64,000 nt of DNA from Phycisphaeraceae bacterium (lineage in GTDB: Bacteria; Planctomycetota; Phycisphaerae; Phycisphaerales; Phycisphaeraceae): assembly GCA_028280965.1 (NCBI GenBank), contig JANQKT010000029.1, positions 260 to 64,259 on the forward strand. Direction: 5' to 3'. Of the stretch, positions 17,605 to 27,043 are shown one piece after another; the stretch's first letter is position 1; each line of letters starts with the position of its first letter. The notes beneath the pieces are model-generated. The model searched no databases. It was not told the DNA's origin and was given only the letters and a program-made list of their open reading frames with translations. The translations under genes were made by a program, and so were the position numbers.

Positions 17605-20193
17605 TTAGTCCCAAAGAGTATCGCCAGGTTCAGCGTCGAGCCAATCCTTCAGATCAATTGATACCAAGTCGGCATAGATCGGCCGCTTGTAGCTGCCGTG
17701 GTTGCTGATGATGGCGTCATGGCGGTAGATCGCGAGCAACCGGCCCGATTGGGTGTCGAAATGCAGATCGGTCAGGATGCCCTTGAACACCGGGCCTGGT
17801 GTTGCTTCGAGGGTTTGCTTGTTGATCCGCCAAAGCTGGCCCATCCTGTCGCAGGCCACCAGGTGACCGTTGCAGTGCTCCATCCCCGCGATCATGTCGA
17901 GCGGGGCGGGCGTCCATCGCCTGTCTCGCGCCCCGACGTACCCCTTGTAGATCATGGTTGTGCGGTGCTTGGAGACATGGTTAAGCTCGTACAGGTCGCT
18001 GGCTTCAGTCATCACATACGAGCCATCGGAGCTGATAAACACCTCACGGGCGTTTCGCGAAGCGGCCATCTTACGCATCCTGGCGTGCCCGGGAGACACC
18101 AGGCTGATATAGCCAAAGGACTGGTACTCGCCGACAAACATCAGCGAACCGTTCGGGACAACGGTGACTTTAGATCTCTGAGTGACACCGACTTGATTGA
18201 TCTTCTTGAGCGGGTTACCGGCATACTCGTGCATGTTTGTCCATTGGTTGCTCCCATCGGTGATGAACACCCGCGGGTTATTCCTGGTGCCGGCCGCTGC
18301 GATATCGAAGGGGTCGATCCCGGTCGGGTGCTCGATGACTTCCGAGAACCCGCCGGTGGTGTCGATCCGCAGGATCTTTCCGCCTGGGTGGTCTTTGTTG
18401 TGCTCGAACGCGGTGGGTGCGCAGGCCAGCCAGAGCACATCGTCGGCCGGGCCCAGGCTCAGTCGGTGTGTCCCGAAGGGTAGGCGGCTGGTCTGCTCTT
18501 GGATCGCTAGGTTCTGGGGGTTGATCCGGTAGACGCGGCCTGCCCCGGCATCAAGCAGGTACACCGATTTGCCGTCGGCGCTGTAATCGATGTCGGTCAG
18601 GTCACTGCGCAGCGGCAGACTGTGGGCGATGTTTGGATGCCCCGTCGCCCCGCCACGCACAGGCTCAGGCAGATTCGGACGTGGCACGATCTGGTCGTCC
18701 GCAACCAACTCGCTGAGGTCGACCCGTACGATCCGCCCGGATGTGTCATCCTCAACCAGCTTCCCGCGGTCGGTCAGTGTGGGGTTGTCCAGCCAGCGTG
18801 CATAAACAACCGGCGTCCCCTGGGCGGGCCGGGGGTCAACGAACACGCCCTGGTGGACCACATCGCTGAGCACGTCCAGCTCCGGCCAACGATAGAGCTT
18901 GATCTGCCCCCTGCAGAACACGGCCAAGAGACCGAGCTCCCGACTGACCACCGCGCCATAATTCTGGGGCAGCGTGTGCTGGGTATAGCGGCGCATCATC
19001 CCGGCGGGGTAGTTGCCACGGGCATAGAGCTCTCCGCTTTGCGCAAGGACGAAACGCCCGTCATCGATAATGGTGTAGTCGCTGTACGCGTTGCCGGAAA
19101 CACCCTCGGGGGACAACTGCGATTCGGGCAGTTCGGTGCGCGCCATCATCCCCCAGCCATCTTGGCGGGCCTTGTCGGCGGACACCGTTTCAACAATGTC
19201 TAGCGAGGCCGGGTCGAGCCTGAACCGGTTGCCGGATCCAGGATGCACCGCGATGACCGATCGGCCGTCCTCGGAAAGCCCCCACTGCCGGGGGTTGCCG
19301 AGCCGGTCAACATCCGCCGCCACCTGTGCAAAGTCGGGCGTCTGTGACGCACGCATCTGCCAAGGGACCCGGGTCTGCTGCTCGCTGGGCCGGGTCGTGA
19401 TTTCGCTATGTTTGGGCAGGAAAACATAAACCGCTTCACCGCCACAGCCGAGCAGCATCCTTGTCTGGCGTTTGTCTTCCGGATACGGGATCTCTTGCTT
19501 GAGTCCGCGCTCAACACTCTTGAACGGCAGCTCTTTTAAGAGCTCGGAGATGTCTGCTGTCAGATCAATCCAGACCTCCCGGCCGAACCGCCCGGAGCCC
19601 CAATAGGCCCAGACCACATCGACTCCGCTGTCGGGTTGGCCCAGCAGGCGGTCGGCGCGGTCCGCCTGGTCCCGGCTCCACCGGCGTCCGGGCCCCAGCG
19701 GCGCGAGGTCTTTGGCCCGGACCTTGGTGAGCAGGCTGCCCCCCTCGGTCAGCTTCAGGTGAACGGGCCCGCCGGGCGTATCAAGCAGCAGCACAACATT
19801 TCCGTTGCCGCGGATCTGCGTGTCAGGCAGGTGCTTCTTGATCTGGTCGCTGCTGCAATGGATCACGCCACGGTCTTTCAACTGCGCGTTGCAGTAGTCG
19901 GTCAGGTCCTCGCACCGGTCGCCGCTCACAAACCCCGCCCAGCGCACCGTGACGCCCTCGGCGGTAAGCCCTTGGGACAGATCGGTCTGAGGCCGGACCG
20001 TTGCCTGGTCCTGAGCCATCGTCGGCCAGGCACCCAACAGCAGGGCGATGCAGCACCAGGGCAGCAGGGTGGCAAGCAGCCTCGGGTTTGTAGAGCAACC
20101 GCCGCGATTCAACGATGGGTGAAGCCGCCGAGGCGTTGTTCGGCGGCTGCAGCTGAGCAAGGTAATGCCAGTAGCTTTGAGGGTAATACGCAT
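17605..20193 (-). CDS. Large secreted beta-propeller (YVTN/WD40-like) protein
   Basis: Hydrophobic signal-like segment, repeated SADGK/SSDGS blade motifs; AAGGA RBS before the ATG at 20193; paralog of the neighbouring gene. Confidence 0.7.
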   Translation of the reverse strand: MRITLKATGITLLSCSRRTTPRRLHPSLNRGGCSTNPRLLATLLPWCCIALLLGAWPTMAQDQATVRPQTDLSQGLTAEGVTVRWAGFVSGDRCEDLTDYCNAQLKDRGVIHCSSDQIKKHLPDTQIRGNGNVVLLLDTPGGPVHLKLTEGGSLLTKVRAKDLAPLGPGRRWSRDQADRADRLLGQPDSGVDVVWAYWGSGRFGREVWIDLTADISELLKELPFKSVERGLKQEIPYPEDKRQTRMLLGCGGEAVYVFLPKHSEITTRPSEQQTRVPWQMRASQTPDFAQVAADVDRLGNPRQWGLSEDGRSVIAVHPGSGNRFRLDPASLDIVETVSADKARQDGWGMMARTELPESQLSPEGVSGNAYSDYTIIDDGRFVLAQSGELYARGNYPAGMMRRYTQHTLPQNYGAVVSRELGLLAVFCRGQIKLYRWPELDVLSDVVHQGVFVDPRPAQGTPVVYARWLDNPTLTDRGKLVEDDTSGRIVRVDLSELVADDQIVPRPNLPEPVRGGATGHPNIAHSLPLRSDLTDIDYSADGKSVYLLDAGAGRVYRINPQNLAIQEQTSRLPFGTHRLSLGPADDVLWLACAPTAFEHNKDHPGGKILRIDTTGGFSEVIEHPTGIDPFDIAAAGTRNNPRVFITDGSNQWTNMHEYAGNPLKKINQVGVTQRSKVTVVPNGSLMFVGEYQSFGYISLVSPGHARMRKMAASRNAREVFISSDGSYVMTEASDLYELNHVSKHRTTMIYKGYVGARDRRWTPAPLDMIAGMEHCNGHLVACDRMGQLWRINKQTLEATPGPVFKGILTDLHFDTQSGRLLAIYRHDAIISNHGSYKRPIYADLVSIDLKDWLDAEPGDTLWD

Positions 20194-20227
20194 GGTTACA
20201 TTCCTTGACCGTGATCGATTGAACAGG

Positions 20228-22417
20228 TCACGGGCCGGGTTGATCGATCTTGTGGTCTTGTTTGAGTGCTGACAGATCGATCGCGATGACATCCGCGAAA
20301 GACGGGCCGGTGAACCGGTCGTGCTTCGAGCTTTCGAGGAATCGGTCAGTCCAGTACAGGCCGTAGGCGTAGTTCGATTCAGGGTGGTAGACCAGATCCG
20401 TCACAATCCCGCCCAGTTCTGCTTGTGCGGTGACCCGGCACGCCGGGACCTCGAAAAGCACCATCGCTCCCTTGTCGGTGGAGGCGGCGAGCAGGGGGGG
20501 CACGCCGGTCATCGCGGTGACCTGCCCGACACTGCCCACCAGCTTGCCGTACTGATCGATGGTGTCCGCGAACTGGATGACCCCGCCGCCTCGCGCGGAG
20601 ACGTAGTGTCCGCTGTGAGAGAAGTACAGCCCGCCGAACAGGTAGGTCCCGCCGGAGAGCAGCTTGCCTTTCTTGACCTCGCCCGAATCGGTCCCGTGCA
20701 CGCGCATCAAGGTGCCGCCATCGGTGAAGAGGGTTTCGCCGTCCGGGCCGAACTGGAGCAGGCTGAAGCCCCGGCCACGCTCAAAAAATTTGAACTGGTT
20801 GCTGCCCTGTTCCGACCGCAGGATCAGCCAGTTGTCGTGGTCGTCGTGCTTGCCGGCGACGTACAGGTTCTCGTGCTTGTCAAAGGTTGCAAGGTGCGGT
20901 GAGACGGGGCAGCGCTGGGCCTGCCCCACCTGCTCAAGTGTCTTGGGGTCAAGCCAGATCAGCAGGCCCGTGATAGGTTTGTCGATATGACGCGGCAGCT
21001 GATCCGGCGCGCAGAGCACGACGATGCGCTCTGTCTTCGGGCAGATCGCGATGTCGTGTGACCCGTAAGGCAGCTTCTCCGATGACGATTGGATCTCGAG
21101 CGTGCCCCGGTCCAGCCGGTGCACCCTGCCCTCGTCCGCGTCGAAAACCAGCAGCGCCTGGCCGTCCGCGCTGAGGCACAGCCCTTTGAGCTCGCTGCGT
21201 AGAGCAAGGCGCGCGCTAACGGTTGGCAGGCCGGTAGCGTCGCCGTGCACCGGCGCGGGAACCGGGGGAGCGAGGCGGGCTTCTTCTTCGGAAAGAAGCT
21301 GGCTCAGGTCAACGCGCACGAGGCGGTCGGACGGCTTGAGCGTGTTCTCGTCAGCGATGCGCTGGCGGGCAAAGAACACGCCTGAGTCCCCCGCGGCCTG
21401 CGGGTCTTCCAGGTCCATGGCCAGCGGCACGTGCCGCATCGGTTCCAGCCCCGGCCAACGGTGCAGCTCGACCCCGCCTTGGACACACAAGGCCAGCACC
21501 CCCAGTTCCCTGCTGGCGATGGCACCTTTGTTCTCATGGATGGTTTTGCCGTAGTTCCGCAGGCCGGTGAGTGGGTGGTTGCTCACTCGCAGCAGCGCGC
21601 CGCGGTAGCTCACGACAAATCGCTCGTCGTCGATCAGTGAAAAGCCGCCTGTGCCCGGGTTCCCTTCGATTGGGAAGCTCTCGCCTCGTGCGCCGGTTTC
21701 GTTGTCGGCGAAGTAGCGGGCGCCGAACCCGCCGTGCTGCGTGCTCCCGCTCAGGACGACCCGCCCGCCCGCGGTGGTCGCGTAAACATCGTCGGACGGG
21801 TACCACCTGTCGAAACGATGCATGCCGATGCGGTAGACCTCGCCGCGCGCCGTATCGTTCAGGACGGCCCAGTGGCCGTTATCCGATCGTATGGCCCCGC
21901 TGCCCGACATCGCGGCGATATTGCCGTCGGCCAGGCGCTGCAGCCCGACGATATCGGTCTGGATCGTGCTGGCCGGTTCGAGGGGCTCAAGCGATGCGAG
22001 GTCGAGCCACTGGAGCACCCCGCGCTGATTGTAGGACTCGCGGTGTTCCTGGTACCCGCGCGGGGCGGACCCGGTGAGGATGCGCTTGCCGTCCGCCGAG
22101 AAAATGAAGCAGCGCAGTCCGTCGGCGAGTTTGGGCGACCGGGCTACGATCTCTAGGTCGCTCAGCCGTACCTTGACCAAGCGCTGCTTCCGGGGCTGAA
22201 GCACGATCAAGTGCTCGGTGTCGGGTGTCAGTTGGAAATGTGTGAAATCATGGTCCAGGCCTTCGATCACATCGATGCCGGCGTGCCCGGCGTGTTGGGG
22301 TGGTACGGCGTCGTTGTCTGAGTCTGCGTACCGAGGCAGGCCGAGCAGGGCCGCCGCTATCAAGACAGCGAGCCTCCGTGCGTAGGGATTTAAGACAAGG
22401 CGAGTCAGGCCAGGCAT
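20228..22417 (-). CDS. Secreted beta-propeller protein, paralog of 17605-20193
   Basis: Signal peptide; FSADGK, LSADGQ, FGPDGE blades; shared blocks such as RLVRVDLSQL / RIVRVDLSEL. Confidence 0.72.
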   Translation of the reverse strand: MPGLTRLVLNPYARRLAVLIAAALLGLPRYADSDNDAVPPQHAGHAGIDVIEGLDHDFTHFQLTPDTEHLIVLQPRKQRLVKVRLSDLEIVARSPKLADGLRCFIFSADGKRILTGSAPRGYQEHRESYNQRGVLQWLDLASLEPLEPASTIQTDIVGLQRLADGNIAAMSGSGAIRSDNGHWAVLNDTARGEVYRIGMHRFDRWYPSDDVYATTAGGRVVLSGSTQHGGFGARYFADNETGARGESFPIEGNPGTGGFSLIDDERFVVSYRGALLRVSNHPLTGLRNYGKTIHENKGAIASRELGVLALCVQGGVELHRWPGLEPMRHVPLAMDLEDPQAAGDSGVFFARQRIADENTLKPSDRLVRVDLSQLLSEEEARLAPPVPAPVHGDATGLPTVSARLALRSELKGLCLSADGQALLVFDADEGRVHRLDRGTLEIQSSSEKLPYGSHDIAICPKTERIVVLCAPDQLPRHIDKPITGLLIWLDPKTLEQVGQAQRCPVSPHLATFDKHENLYVAGKHDDHDNWLILRSEQGSNQFKFFERGRGFSLLQFGPDGETLFTDGGTLMRVHGTDSGEVKKGKLLSGGTYLFGGLYFSHSGHYVSARGGGVIQFADTIDQYGKLVGSVGQVTAMTGVPPLLAASTDKGAMVLFEVPACRVTAQAELGGIVTDLVYHPESNYAYGLYWTDRFLESSKHDRFTGPSFADVIAIDLSALKQDHKIDQPGP

Positions 22418-22451
22418 AGTCCGGGTCCTATGGGGTGTGGTCGTTGAGGCG

Positions 22452-24056
22452 TTACGGGTCCAGAGGCGTGCGTCCGATCGCACGCCCCGTCGGGATGCCG
22501 TCGGCGATCAACGCCAGGTGCATCTGACCCAGCAGCACTCCGCACCGGATATCGTCGGGCAACCCGTTCAACGACTCGATATCGCTCATGGCCAGCCGCC
22601 TGCCCGAAAGGATGACTGCGTCGCGCGCCGTCGCCAGCCTGCTTTCAGGGTCCGTGTCGCGCGTTTCATGCGACGCGATGATGGGGTCAAAGGCGCTGGC
22701 GTCTACGGATTGCTTCAGGCGCATAGCGGACTGCGTGATCGCGTACGGTGGGGGATACAGCTCGGTCAGATTGTGTTGCTGCTGTATCAGCAGGACCTGT
22801 TCATACGCCCTGTCCGCAAGTTCGACCTGCCCCTGCTCGTAGTGGCACATCCCTAGCAGCAGCCACTGTGCCGCAGCCTGGTCGGGTTCAACAGACGATT
22901 CGGGCATAACCATGAACTGCTCCACGGTTAGCTGCGCATCTTCCGCATAACCGTGGGCGAGGAGCATCAAAAAGCCATCGCGGAAAAATTGCTCGAAGGT
23001 GCTTTCGTCGCCTGACTGGAGGACGAGGACGCCTTGTTCGTCCAGGTAGCGCAGGACGGCTTGCTGCTCAAGTTCTTGTTCCCCGTGACGCCTCCACTCC
23101 TGCGCGAGTTCTAGGAGGTTCTTCGGGCTTAAGGCCGGCAGTGTATTCATGCTGTCGAGGGCCCGGCGTGCTTCCCGGTCTTTCCCCGCGCAGCGCAAGG
23201 CCCGGGCGTAGCTGATCCCAAGTGCGGTCAGGCGGGTGGGCTCCCATGCCGTGGTGCTGACGTCGGGGGTCGGGGGCGAGCCCGACCGGGTTCCCTCGTC
23301 CTCAAGTACCGGGCCACGCCTCTCCGGGATCTGCTTTCTGTCACGCTCCTTCAGAATCGCGAACCCCTTATCCAGTTCCCCCGCAAGCAGATACCCCTCG
23401 GCGATGTGCAGCTGGCTAATACCACGGAATAAGTTGCTGACCCGATACCCCTCGGCGAAGTCCCTGGTCCAGTGTTTAACGGCCTGCTCGTCGCCCAGGT
23501 AGGCATACAGCCCTGCGGTCTCGCTCCAGAGATGCATACGCTCCGTGTCCTGATCCGACAGGGACCTGTAATTATCGCTCAGCAGGCCCGAAGGTTTTGT
23601 CCCGCGTTTCGGATCAAGGTTCTCTTTTACCGCGCGGAGCAGCTCGCTCTCCATGCCGACGGTCTGGTGGATGAGGGTCCGAAGCAGGGGTAGGTCGACC
23701 GCGCCGTCCCGTAGGGCCAGCCGAGCCGCTTCATTCGCGCCCTCGGTATCGCCGGCCACGTATCGCAGCCAGGACAAATCTGTATAAATCTCCGAGAGAA
23801 GCATACGCCGCCGCTGCTTGTCGCTCTTGCTGGTCATCTGCTCGGGCGACATGCCCTTGAGCGCAGTGCTCAGTTCGGATTCGAGTGATGAGAGCCTGCT
23901 TTGTACCCGCGCATCGGGCTTGCGCAACGTGTACCCGGCACAACAGCCGGCGGTGCGTGTAGGGGCATGCTCAGGCGTGGATGAGCTTTCCCTCCCGCAA
24001 CCACCGAGAAGCAGCGTAATCAGAAACAAGACGATTACCGGTTGCGATCTGCTCAT
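22452..24056 (-). CDS. TPR-like lipoprotein
   Basis: Lipobox LLGGC; helical repeats (WLLLGMCHYEQGQVELADRAYEQVL). Confidence 0.68.
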   Translation of the reverse strand: MSRSQPVIVLFLITLLLGGCGRESSSTPEHAPTRTAGCCAGYTLRKPDARVQSRLSSLESELSTALKGMSPEQMTSKSDKQRRRMLLSEIYTDLSWLRYVAGDTEGANEAARLALRDGAVDLPLLRTLIHQTVGMESELLRAVKENLDPKRGTKPSGLLSDNYRSLSDQDTERMHLWSETAGLYAYLGDEQAVKHWTRDFAEGYRVSNLFRGISQLHIAEGYLLAGELDKGFAILKERDRKQIPERRGPVLEDEGTRSGSPPTPDVSTTAWEPTRLTALGISYARALRCAGKDREARRALDSMNTLPALSPKNLLELAQEWRRHGEQELEQQAVLRYLDEQGVLVLQSGDESTFEQFFRDGFLMLLAHGYAEDAQLTVEQFMVMPESSVEPDQAAAQWLLLGMCHYEQGQVELADRAYEQVLLIQQQHNLTELYPPPYAITQSAMRLKQSVDASAFDPIIASHETRDTDPESRLATARDAVILSGRRLAMSDIESLNGLPDDIRCGVLLGQMHLALIADGIPTGRAIGRTPLDP

Positions 24057-24611
24057 TGATACCCCATCTCTAAATGTAAACTCTCTAACTAGTTTATCGA
24101 CACTGGCCCCGAAAGAAAACATCTACGTGACTCAGATCAGTTTGTTGTTTACACCGATTTCGCAGAGATTTACAATCTGAGCTAGACCATGTTAGGATTG
24201 TGATCGTTGGCCGGGCAGCGATGGCGAGGTCATTGACGAAGGCTACTGCCCATTCAAATGTGGCAATCGAAAAACTCACTATCTAACGAGAAGGCACGGC
24301 CTATATAGTTGTTTGGAGTAAGCTGCTTTGGCTCAGAGTATACACATTGGGCTATTGCTTGTTTCTCGTACCGCTAGATCATCTTACAGAACAACTTGGT
24401 GAGGAATATTCGATTCTCTCGCCCGGCGTCCGTTGATCGCGGGCTATTGATCCTTCATGATGATGCGAAAAGATGCTCTAAACACTGATAGCGCCAGTAG
24501 CTCGAACGCGCTATGAGCACGATTCCCTCTGGTCGCCCCTGCCGCTTTTGATGTCCCGGCTACGCCCCTGCCTGCTCAGGCCCGATTAAAACGCGACACG
24601 GGCCGATCAGG

Positions 24612-25107
24612 TCAACCGAATAGCCGATCGACCAGGTCGGCGGCCGAGTTCAGCACCTCGAACCGCCCCCTGGGAAGCACCCGGATATCCGAGCGCTCGG
24701 CCTTGACACCGCCGGTGTTGGCCCTGGAGTGCCTCGCGACCCGGAGCCCGTCGAGTGACGGCAGGGGCTCGCCCGGATCGGCACCATACCAGAGGTGGCT
24801 GTCGATCCGCATCGTCTCGGCGTCGAACATGGTCCACACCACGCAGCCGCTGGGCTTTTCGGCCAGCCGCACGTTGATGTTGACGCTGGCGGTCGAGGAT
24901 CCGACGTGCGATGTCTTGAGCTGGACGTGCCTGATCACGGGGCCCGACCCGACGACCAGGTCGTAGCCCGCGTCGTCGACCTCTGGCGTCAGCACCTCGG
25001 CGAGCCTCCCGGCCAGCCAGAGCCCCCCGCAGTAGCTCGCCCACAAGGACGTGCCGCAGGACGGCCTCGCGGTAGCTGGAGAGCTTGTTGTGCGGCGTGG
25101 CGGGCAT
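24612..25107 (-). pseudogene. PD-(D/E)xK nuclease-like gene with a +1 frameshift in a G6 run (about 25023-25028)
   Basis: SSYREAVLRHVLVGELLR in one frame continues as GLWL...VDDAGYDLVV...RHVQLK in the next; removing one G restores a single ORF. Confidence 0.68.
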
Positions 25108-25143
25108 GAGGGACAACTTTCTTGACGGTTGTTGCGCTCTGTC

Positions 25144-25162
25144 TGTGGACGGATTGTCTACA
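25144..25162. promoter_or_regulatory. Putative operator (C-box-like inverted repeat) upstream of the XRE gene
   Basis: TGTGGAC-ggatt-GTCTACA, 6 of 7 positions palindromic, 20 nt before the GTG start. Confidence 0.45.
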
Positions 25163-25181
25163 GGGCGAGAGCCTTGTTAGC

Positions 25182-25403
25182 GTGTCCAAGGCCTTTGTCA
25201 ACAAGTTCGGCGCCAACGTCCGGGCGCTCCGCGAGGAGCAGGAGTTGTCTCAAGAGGAACTGGCTGCCAAGGCCAAGCTGCACCGCACCCACATCAGCCT
25301 GATCGAGCGGGGCGGCAGGCAGGCCGGGCTGGAGACGATTGAGGCGCTGGCGAAGGCTCTCAAGGTGCAGCCGGGGGACCTGATGCCGAGAATGAGAATC
25401 TGA
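25182..25403 (+). CDS. XRE-family HTH regulator (resembles restriction-modification controller proteins)
   Basis: FGANVRALREEQELSQEELA....LHRTHISLIERG.RQ..LETIEALAKAL. Confidence 0.88.
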   Translation: MSKAFVNKFGANVRALREEQELSQEELAAKAKLHRTHISLIERGGRQAGLETIEALAKALKVQPGDLMPRMRI

Positions 25404-25420
25404 TTTTCAGCCGAAGGCCA

Positions 25421-26041
25421 GTGATTAAAGATGCCATGAGTGGTGAGCTAACTCCATTTCCAGATATTGCTGGTCTTGATTTGCATCGAATCGGCCAATC
25501 TTTGCTTGACGTTGTTCCGATCCTCAAGATGGGGGCGCATAGGCCAGAGAGTCTCAAAAGATTTGAAGAAGTTCGATCTATAGTGTCTGATGCAGCAGAC
25601 ACTATGCATGCCCTTGATCATCCAAATGGCGGGCAAGCTCCACGTACTTTCACTATTCTCGAAAGGGAGATACTTTGGGGTATTGTGGACGCCGATCTCG
25701 ACCTATCAAGCATCGAGCCAGTCAGTATGCTAGGGAACTTGAGGATCGATTCTGATACGGCAAGAGTAAGTCGTATTGAACACGTTGGTACGACACTTCT
25801 AAGACTTACGCTGCCGCTAAGCGGAAGTAAGCCACAGCGTTTAATTGATCTTATGACTCTTTATGAGTATTTGGGCATCGAAGCACAAGCTGTTCAAAAA
25901 ATTTGGTCCGAAAATGAATATGTGAAAATATCTACGATCACCACAACGGTTAACCGTGCGAATATTCTTCTAAAAGAACAGAGAACCGGGTGGAAGCTCG
26001 TTGTGAATCAAGGTCGGATCTTAAAAGCATCAACAACTTGA
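25421..26041 (+). CDS. Hypothetical protein, possible C-terminal winged-helix DNA-binding domain
   Basis: 206-aa ORF directly after the XRE gene; QKIWS...TITTTVNRANILL resembles an OmpR-type wHTH; weak. Confidence 0.45.
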   Translation: MIKDAMSGELTPFPDIAGLDLHRIGQSLLDVVPILKMGAHRPESLKRFEEVRSIVSDAADTMHALDHPNGGQAPRTFTILEREILWGIVDADLDLSSIEPVSMLGNLRIDSDTARVSRIEHVGTTLLRLTLPLSGSKPQRLIDLMTLYEYLGIEAQAVQKIWSENEYVKISTITTTVNRANILLKEQRTGWKLVVNQGRILKASTT

Positions 26042-26120
26042 TCTCAAATGTTGTGACTGCGATGTGATCGACGGCTGCTCCAATAGGCTCGGCTGATGTC
26101 GCACGGCTACTCGGCCCGGT

Positions 26121-26192
26121 AAGGCGATGATGCCCAATGCCGTGTTCATCGGGTTTACTGGCAAACCGCTGCTGGCGAAGGATCGAGAGACT
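26121..26192 (+). pseudogene. hsdR: Type I restriction subunit HsdR relic, left piece
   Basis: KAMMPNAVFIGFTGKPLLAKDRET (helicase motif III FIGFTGTP-like); continues in frame on the minus strand from 32159. Confidence 0.75.
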
Positions 26193-26397
26193 GCAGGTTC
26201 GCTGACTTCAGATTGCTCTAGTGGTACAGCAGCTTTCTGAGCAAGCCATGCGTCGGTTAAACGATAATAGGCGACCGGCTTTCCTCGCTGTCATACGGGC
26301 CTAAACACTCATCCTTACCGTCGAGCGTCACGGCAGCGCGGCCTGAGGGCTTGTGAAGGCGGTATTTGGGGCGTTGTCCGGGCTTGAGCGGCACCAC
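26193..26397 (-). pseudogene. Tyrosine integrase relic, N-terminal piece
   Basis: PKYRLHKPSGRAAVTLDGKD.CLGPYDSEESR, then frameshifted AYYRLTDAWLA; typical start of planctomycete phage-type integrases; ~105 nt downstream of the tRNA 3' end. Confidence 0.72.
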
Positions 26398-26407
26398 TGT
26401 TGGCCCA

Positions 26408-26427
26408 AAAACGGTAATTACCGTTTT
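26408..26427. promoter_or_regulatory. Perfect 20-bp palindrome upstream of the integrase relic
   Basis: AAAACGGTAATTACCGTTTT. Confidence 0.55.
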
Positions 26428-26501
26428 CGGGAGGTTTGAGGCCGCTCTGCTTCACGCGGAACCGGTTCGCTAAGATTGGTGAAAATATGGACTTGTCTAA
26501 A

Positions 26502-26574
<73 letters not shown>

Positions 26575-26603
26575 GTTGCGGACATAAGCCGCTGCGATCC
26601 ATG

Positions 26604-26632
26604 ATTTTACACCGACGAGGTTTCGTGGGCAA
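26604..26632 (-). promoter_or_regulatory. Promoter of the intact tRNA-Gly
   Basis: TTGCCC-N17-(TG)TAAAAT. Confidence 0.7.
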
Positions 26633-26773
26633 GCGCCTCCGAAATGGAGATGACAACCATGTTTCCAACCAAACGGGCGCCCGGGGGCGTTTCGGTGGCA
26701 CCCCGAGCGACGATCGCTTTTATGTGACCGGTAGGTGACCAATGGTGACTCATGCTCGTTGCATAGCGTCCTA

Positions 26774-26855
26774 GGTTTCGGTTGCGGCAGCTGATAGGGA
26801 CTGGTCGCTATGAATGAAGGAGGCTAAACCATGGGTTGTCGCCGCAACCGAAACC
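26774..26855. repeat. Perfect 15-bp inverted repeat enclosing an SD sequence and ATG
   Basis: GGTTTCGGTTGCGGC (26774-26788) and GCCGCAACCGAAACC (26841-26855). Confidence 0.7.
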
Positions 26856-27043
26856 AAGCTGGCTTGCGGCGTTTCAGTACAAGTGATGCTGATTCAATCA
26901 AGGCTGGTCACACAGATCCAGCTGGCGATTGACCCACCAAAATAAATGCCCGCAGGCAAGTAGTTCACCGCCTAAGTTCCAACATCACAATCAGTTATCG
27001 AGCAGCTGTTGGCTCGCCCCGTTTTGGCCCGTTCGCTATCATC

